From positions 1 to 64,000 of IMG/VR virus record IMGVR_UViG_3300030109_004479: a stretch of DNA of 64,000 nt, one strand, 5' to 3'. Numbering within the stretch: position 1 is the stretch's first letter; every line of letters starts with the position of its first letter. Positions 61,001-64,000 of this stretch are shown here, piece by piece. The translations under genes were made by a program, and so were the position numbers. This DNA is from an uncultured virus (IMG/VR IMGVR_UViG_3300030109_004479). Taxonomy: Duplodnaviria > Heunggongvirae > Uroviricota > Caudoviricetes. The notes below the pieces were generated by a model. It made no database searches. It was not told the origin of the DNA and saw only the letters and a list, made by a program, of their open reading frames with translations.

Positions 61001-62493
61001 ATTTCTACTTAGATGGTTCATTATCAAGTGGAGAGCCTAATACCGTATTTCCAGATAATTCACATTTGCGTTTCGGAACTGGTGCTGATTTAGACTTCGT
61101 ACATGATGGGAGTAATACTTATATAAATAACTCTACTGGCGATTTATATATTACTAACAATGCTAACGACAAAGATATTATTTTCCGAAGCGATGATGGC
61201 TCTGGTGGAAATGAAACCTATTTCTATTTAGATGGGTCAGCTTCTTCTGGCAACCCTATTACAATATTTCCAGATAACTCTTATTTGCAGTTTGGAACTG
61301 GTATGGACTTAGGCATAGTCCATAATGGAACTAATGCCCTTATTTCAAACACAACTGGAAATATTAAGTTTACTAATTATGCTGATGATGCCGATATAAA
61401 GTTTGAATGCGATGATGGTAGTGGAGGTGTTACAGAATATTTCCGTGTAGATGGGGGCGCAACAAACATTCTTTTTAGTAAAGAGTTAAGGCTACTTGAT
61501 GGCGTTCAGATCCAGTTGGGTACTAGCCTTGATATGTTATTTATGCACAATGGTGCAAATGGGGCTATTACAAATAATACAGGCAACCTTATTATTAAAA
61601 ATAACAATGATGACGGGGATATAATATTTGAATGTGATGACGGGTCAGGTGGTATAGCTGAATATTTCCGTTTAGATGGTGGGTTAGGTTATTTATTTGT
61701 TAGCAAAACTTTAAACTTTGCTGACAATGTCCCTGCAACATTTGGCCCAGCAGGTGATTTAAATATTAGGCATGATGGAACCGACTCATCAATTACTAAT
61801 AACACAGGAGACTTATACGTTCGCAATACCGCAGACGACAAAGACATTATTTTCAAAGCGGATGCTGGTGGTACTGAAGCTGAGATCATGCGGATCGATG
61901 GCTCGACAGGTCGGGTTGGAATAGGCACTACAAGCCCAGCACAAAAGCTCCATGTAGAAGGAACGGCAAGAATTACTGGTCATACCGATATAGCAAACTC
62001 AATAGACATATCAAACACTACAAGAATTTATACAAAGTTAGGTGTAGGTAATAGTAGTTGGGTTACTCCCACCGAAGCGTTAGAAGTTAGAGGAAATGCA
62101 AGGATAGGAAGCAGTACAACTAACGGACATTTAATTGGCAGAAAAGATTATTCAGTAACCCAAACCTTCTCAACTGGCTTAACAGTCACACTGGCCGACC
62201 ATACTGCTTGTCATGTAAAAGTATTCATATCAGGTGATTGGAGCAACCATAGTTCCTTTGCTTATGTCGGTGAGTTCTTTATACAGAACACTGGCAATGT
62301 GGGATCGTACAATGAGCCAGGAATTATACTAACAGAACACGACAATTTAACTACTGATGGGATCTTATCACAAATCGTAGATGGGACAGGGGACAGTTTC
62401 ACAATTCAATTTAGAGCAAACACTAGTAGTGCAACGTCAGTATCAGGAAGACTTTGTTATCACGTAATGGGAGACGCATCAGCAGTATCATAA
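55003..62493 (+). CDS. Long tail fibre (2496 aa) with multiple repeat families
   Basis: 3x SP.[FL]TGTP.APTA...T.QIATTA[FY]V, LDTLNELAAAL, ~14 DDGSGG-type repeats, 4x VGIGTTSP, 3x VGVDDTG.DVKF.GATSG. Confidence 0.85.
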   Translation: MANEEATVSQTVNTVTVTPPAASTLSVTSATGGTLTSPESTSSLVAVTVAPSTASLTIESKLAPKDSPIFTGTPTAPTASAGTNTTQIATTAFVNSAITLENTLAEMDDVNFTSLGDNEIIQYDTFSSKWLNQTLSEAGIASTSSLSAHTSATNNPHSVTATQVNLGNVTNESKGTMFTSPTFTGTPLAPTASAATNSTQIATTAYVTTAVSNLIDSAPAALDTLNELAAALNDDASFSTTVTNSIALKAPLASPALTGTPTAPTANAGTDTTQIATTAFVNAAVALENTLAEMDDVTLASLADNELLQYNSSNSKWENKTISEVGLALASDLSTHIGATNPHNITLSGLGGLPLAGGTMTGSIVLNDDVKAIFGTSSDGLEIYHDGSNSIIKDSGTGVLNIQGSTQVNIGGVNGQNGVQYIEGGAVRLRHNNVVKLDTTSTGVTITGELVATSLDISNDVDIDGTTNLDAVDIDGNVQLDGTLTVGVDDTGYDVKFFGATSGRYLLWDESADALRLTDWTPLYLGAGNDLQLYHDGTNSNIINTNGDLTIQNSADDKDIIFQCDDGSGGIETYFYLDGSASSGNPITRFPDDSRLTFGNSGDLKIYHNGTDSYISNNTGSLIIGAFGDDKDIIFKSDDGSGGTEVYFRLDGSLSSGNPFTVFPDNARLALGTSADMTVFHNGTDNYIIGSTGDMYVRQSANDKDIIFECDDGSGGVETYFRLDGSASSGNPITNFPDNSFLSFGSSHDFSIYHDSTNTYIANSTNDLYIQNNADNADIIFRSDDGSGGVAEYFRLDGGDETIIFSKTLDVTGSQNIKLTDNGRLRLGNSNDIDIYHGGANSFLINSTGDLTIRNAADDKDIIFQADDGSGGNETYFYLDGSLNSGNYPITVFPDDSSLCFGDGRDLVIAHNGTDTNINNYVGHLNIINRADDKDIVFYSDDGSGGTEVYFRLDGSFSGGDPYTVFPDNSNLVLGTGGDLHFNHDGTNSSIKNHTGDLQFIQYADDKMIRFYNDNGSGGTIEYLRVDGSEERTVFSKDARLLDDVKLNFGASSDLKIYHDGSNSYIRDESGTGDLIISTNAFRLKSANNGETMMTAFEDGATNLYHNNVQKFETTSTGIAITGGITTTGASTLSSTLTVGVDDTGHDVKFFGATSGSYMLWDESADKLILNEASLQIVDATPNIQLYDSDTANQFNIDFNGADVTFKAATPDGDILFQADDNSGGLETYLYFDGGNNNIKFLKDTNWVDNEKALFGTGSDLRIFHDSAHSYIQSNGTGDLYIQQYNDDKDIVFQADNGSGGLDTYMLLDGSATNIKVVKDLNVSDSAKLTLGDGSDLKIYHDGTHSYIDNSSTFLILESDNIILRNNAGDEDYAKFLGDGAVELYHNDVKKFETTAAGATVTGNLTVSADLIINGTTTTVNSTTVTIDDPVFTLGGDSAPSSDDNKDRGIEFRYHNGSAAKIGFFGWDDSASVFTFIADASPLSEVYSGSAGNVAFGNIAGTLTTAAQGNITSLGTLTTLTVDDITINGSTISDGGAFSLDVGADITFDAGGGDIILSDDGTIVGTLSMNQNGGDFEIRSRVSDKDLVFKGNDGGSEITALTIDMSAGGDIVAVDNKKFKGTTYSSSYIKFEDDTKVSANSDIIFDVNGSTELMRLEEGGNVGIGTTSPARTLSVVSGSGIVSTFTSSTSEAKIFYKASGTSGDYHVGTGASGDNLILLAGTSERMRVTSSGSVGIGTTSPDEKLHVLGDILIDAGSVNTNTGELAFTTQYNTAFIKSSYTDPANITETYLAFHANTSGAANGTVAEQMRIAGSKVGIGTTSPLSRLDVRGTVQVGVDDTGHDVKFYGATSGSYMQWDESADKLILTESSLQVIAGTPNIQLYDSSSTGTFDITLDGVNTTLKNGGTDGDLIFSSDNGSGGEETYFFLDGSLNTDSTPKTVFPDHSKLLFGSGNFDLRIYHDATDSRIENNTGDLYIINYTDDKDIIFQSDDGSGGIETYFYLDGSLSSGEPNTVFPDNSHLRFGTGADLDFVHDGSNTYINNSTGDLYITNNANDKDIIFRSDDGSGGNETYFYLDGSASSGNPITIFPDNSYLQFGTGMDLGIVHNGTNALISNTTGNIKFTNYADDADIKFECDDGSGGVTEYFRVDGGATNILFSKELRLLDGVQIQLGTSLDMLFMHNGANGAITNNTGNLIIKNNNDDGDIIFECDDGSGGIAEYFRLDGGLGYLFVSKTLNFADNVPATFGPAGDLNIRHDGTDSSITNNTGDLYVRNTADDKDIIFKADAGGTEAEIMRIDGSTGRVGIGTTSPAQKLHVEGTARITGHTDIANSIDISNTTRIYTKLGVGNSSWVTPTEALEVRGNARIGSSTTNGHLIGRKDYSVTQTFSTGLTVTLADHTACHVKVFISGDWSNHSSFAYVGEFFIQNTGNVGSYNEPGIILTEHDNLTTDGILSQIVDGTGDSFTIQFRANTSSATSVSGRLCYHVMGDASAVS

Positions 62494-62494
62494 A

Positions 62495-64000
62495 ATGGCA
62501 GACCAAACTATACCAACAATTAAAAATTTAAGAGGCAATATCGGAATCGGTACTGCGAGTCCAGCAGAAAAACTTCATGTTGATAGTGGCAACATTCAAC
62601 TTACTAATGGCAACTACATAATCTTTGATGGGCCTACACCAAAGCAAACTAAAATGCGTTCTTACTATGATGGTAGTTCAACGCATTTAGCAATGACTGT
62701 TGCTAACACATCTATTTTAGATTTAAAGGCTGATGGACTAGTTACATTTTCTGGCACTGGTGGTGGTGCATTAACCATTGGTTCTCATATAGATTTGGGG
62801 GACAGTCAAAAAGTAAGGCTTGGTGCTTCAGATGATCTACAGATCTACCACGATGGAACCCATAGTTATATAACCAATAATGTAACTGGTAGTCTTTATA
62901 TACAGTCAGGAAATTCAATACAATTAGAAAGCTCCACTGGAGAAAATATGCTTGTAGCAACTGCAAATGGTGCGGTTGAATTATACCACAACAACTCCAA
63001 GAAGTTCGAGACAACCACAGATGGAATCGCACTTCACGGTAATGGCTATATTGATTTACCTGATAACGGACGAGCTAGATTTGGGGCAGGTTATGATTTA
63101 GCAATTTATCACAGTGGTTCTCATAGTTACATAAAAGATGAAGGCACTGGAGGACTTTATCTCCAAACAAACGGCCCTGCTATTTACTTCCAAGATACTG
63201 ATGGAAATCCTATGGCTCAGTTTACTGATGGTGGTCATTGTTTCTTAATGTCTGAAGGAACTACTAGGTTCCAGACATCTGCAACAGGAGCCACTATAAC
63301 TGGCGACTTAACAGTTACAGGCGGTCTAACCATCAATGGCACAACGACAACCATAGACACTACTAATTTATTAGTTGAGGATAAGAACATTGTCATAGGC
63401 AATGTAGACACCCCATCTGACACAACGGCTGATGGTGGTGGTATTACCCTGAAAGGTGCTAGTGATTATACTATTGCATGGAGCAATTCAACAGATTACT
63501 GGACATTTAACCAAGGCATTGAAATTGATGTAGGCAGTACAAATGCCAAAGGAATAAAAATTGGCAACGATAGTTATGATGCCTCAATCATTCCAACTAG
63601 TCTTGGAGGTGTTGCTATATCATCTAGTGATCCATTTTTGTTTTATATAAATAGCGCAGTCAGGGCAACATTTACAACTGATGGTAAATTAAATTTTCCA
63701 GATAATGGTCGAGTAAGTTTAGGATCTGCAAATGATTTAGAGTTATGGCACTCTGGCAGTCATAGCTATGTAAGTAATAATGTTGGTGATTTGTTTATTT
63801 ATAATAACACTAACGACGGTAATATTACATTTTATAGCGACGACGGTTCTGGAGGTGTTACAGAATATTTCCGTGTAGATGGAGGAGCTAATCAAAATGT
63901 TTTCCCAGTAAGTGTTTTATTAAATGATGGTGTTTACTTACACATGGGCACGGGTTCTGATCTACAAATTTGGCATGATGCCACTAACTCTAACATTCAG
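62495..64000 (+). CDS. Second tail fibre, N-terminal part (3'-truncated; absent from the ORF track because it has no stop)
   Basis: MADQTIPTIKNLRGNIGIGTASPAEKLHV... open for 502 codons, ending ...SDDGSGG...DLQIWHDATNSNIQ. Confidence 0.85.
   Translation, partial: MADQTIPTIKNLRGNIGIGTASPAEKLHVDSGNIQLTNGNYIIFDGPTPKQTKMRSYYDGSSTHLAMTVANTSILDLKADGLVTFSGTGGGALTIGSHIDLGDSQKVRLGASDDLQIYHDGTHSYITNNVTGSLYIQSGNSIQLESSTGENMLVATANGAVELYHNNSKKFETTTDGIALHGNGYIDLPDNGRARFGAGYDLAIYHSGSHSYIKDEGTGGLYLQTNGPAIYFQDTDGNPMAQFTDGGHCFLMSEGTTRFQTSATGATITGDLTVTGGLTINGTTTTIDTTNLLVEDKNIVIGNVDTPSDTTADGGGITLKGASDYTIAWSNSTDYWTFNQGIEIDVGSTNAKGIKIGNDSYDASIIPTSLGGVAISSSDPFLFYINSAVRATFTTDGKLNFPDNGRVSLGSANDLELWHSGSHSYVSNNVGDLFIYNNTNDGNITFYSDDGSGGVTEYFRVDGGANQNVFPVSVLLNDGVYLHMGTGSDLQIWHDATNSNIQ

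Noticed and set aside
14586..63423. Many 60-165 aa antisense or out-of-frame ORFs inside large genes (e.g. 15393-15890, 20071-20529, 24583-25035, 55617-56093)
   Set aside because: Shadow ORFs of codon-biased genes, with no motifs or expression signals
55003..64000. Diversity-generating retroelement acting on the fibres
   Set aside because: No reverse transcriptase ORF and no TR/VR pair with adenine-specific mismatches was seen
1..64000. Alternative genetic code or tRNA genes
   Set aside because: Long ORFs are intact and tightly packed under the standard code, with TAA, TAG and TGA all used as stops; no cloverleaf was recognised by eye

Overview
This window is most or all of the genome of an AT-rich, tailed dsDNA bacteriophage. 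It looks podovirus-like, since no tape-measure, sheath or tube genes are recognisable. The Rz/Rz1-type spanins plus amidase point to a Gram-negative host. Layout: (+) 3' end of a repeat-rich tail fibre and the lysis cassette (1-5006); (-) replication block with primase-helicase, family A DNA polymerase, SSB-like protein, DUF2800/Cas4-like nuclease, SF2 helicase, RuvC-like resolvase and an HTH/TerS candidate (4990-14215); (+) TerL and probable ejected proteins, including a ~6,000-aa polyvalent protein split only by a 10-N assembly gap (14260-36510); (-) small early genes including a DnaA C-terminal domain protein and a DUF932-like protein (36671-39961); a ~720-bp non-coding control region; (+) NUMOD4-like protein, portal, scaffold, a cluster of tiny basic proteins, major capsid protein, tail proteins, a GT25 glycosyltransferase and two very long DDGSGG-repeat fibres (40685-64000). 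The most interesting signals are: the polyvalent protein and its recurring Q-x-[ST]-x-I domain-boundary motif; a duplicated ~125-bp palindromic element; a tandem structured motif in the capsid leader; degenerate 7-bp arrays across the early region; and repeated leaderless-type promoters. All family assignments come from motif recognition by eye; no searches were run.
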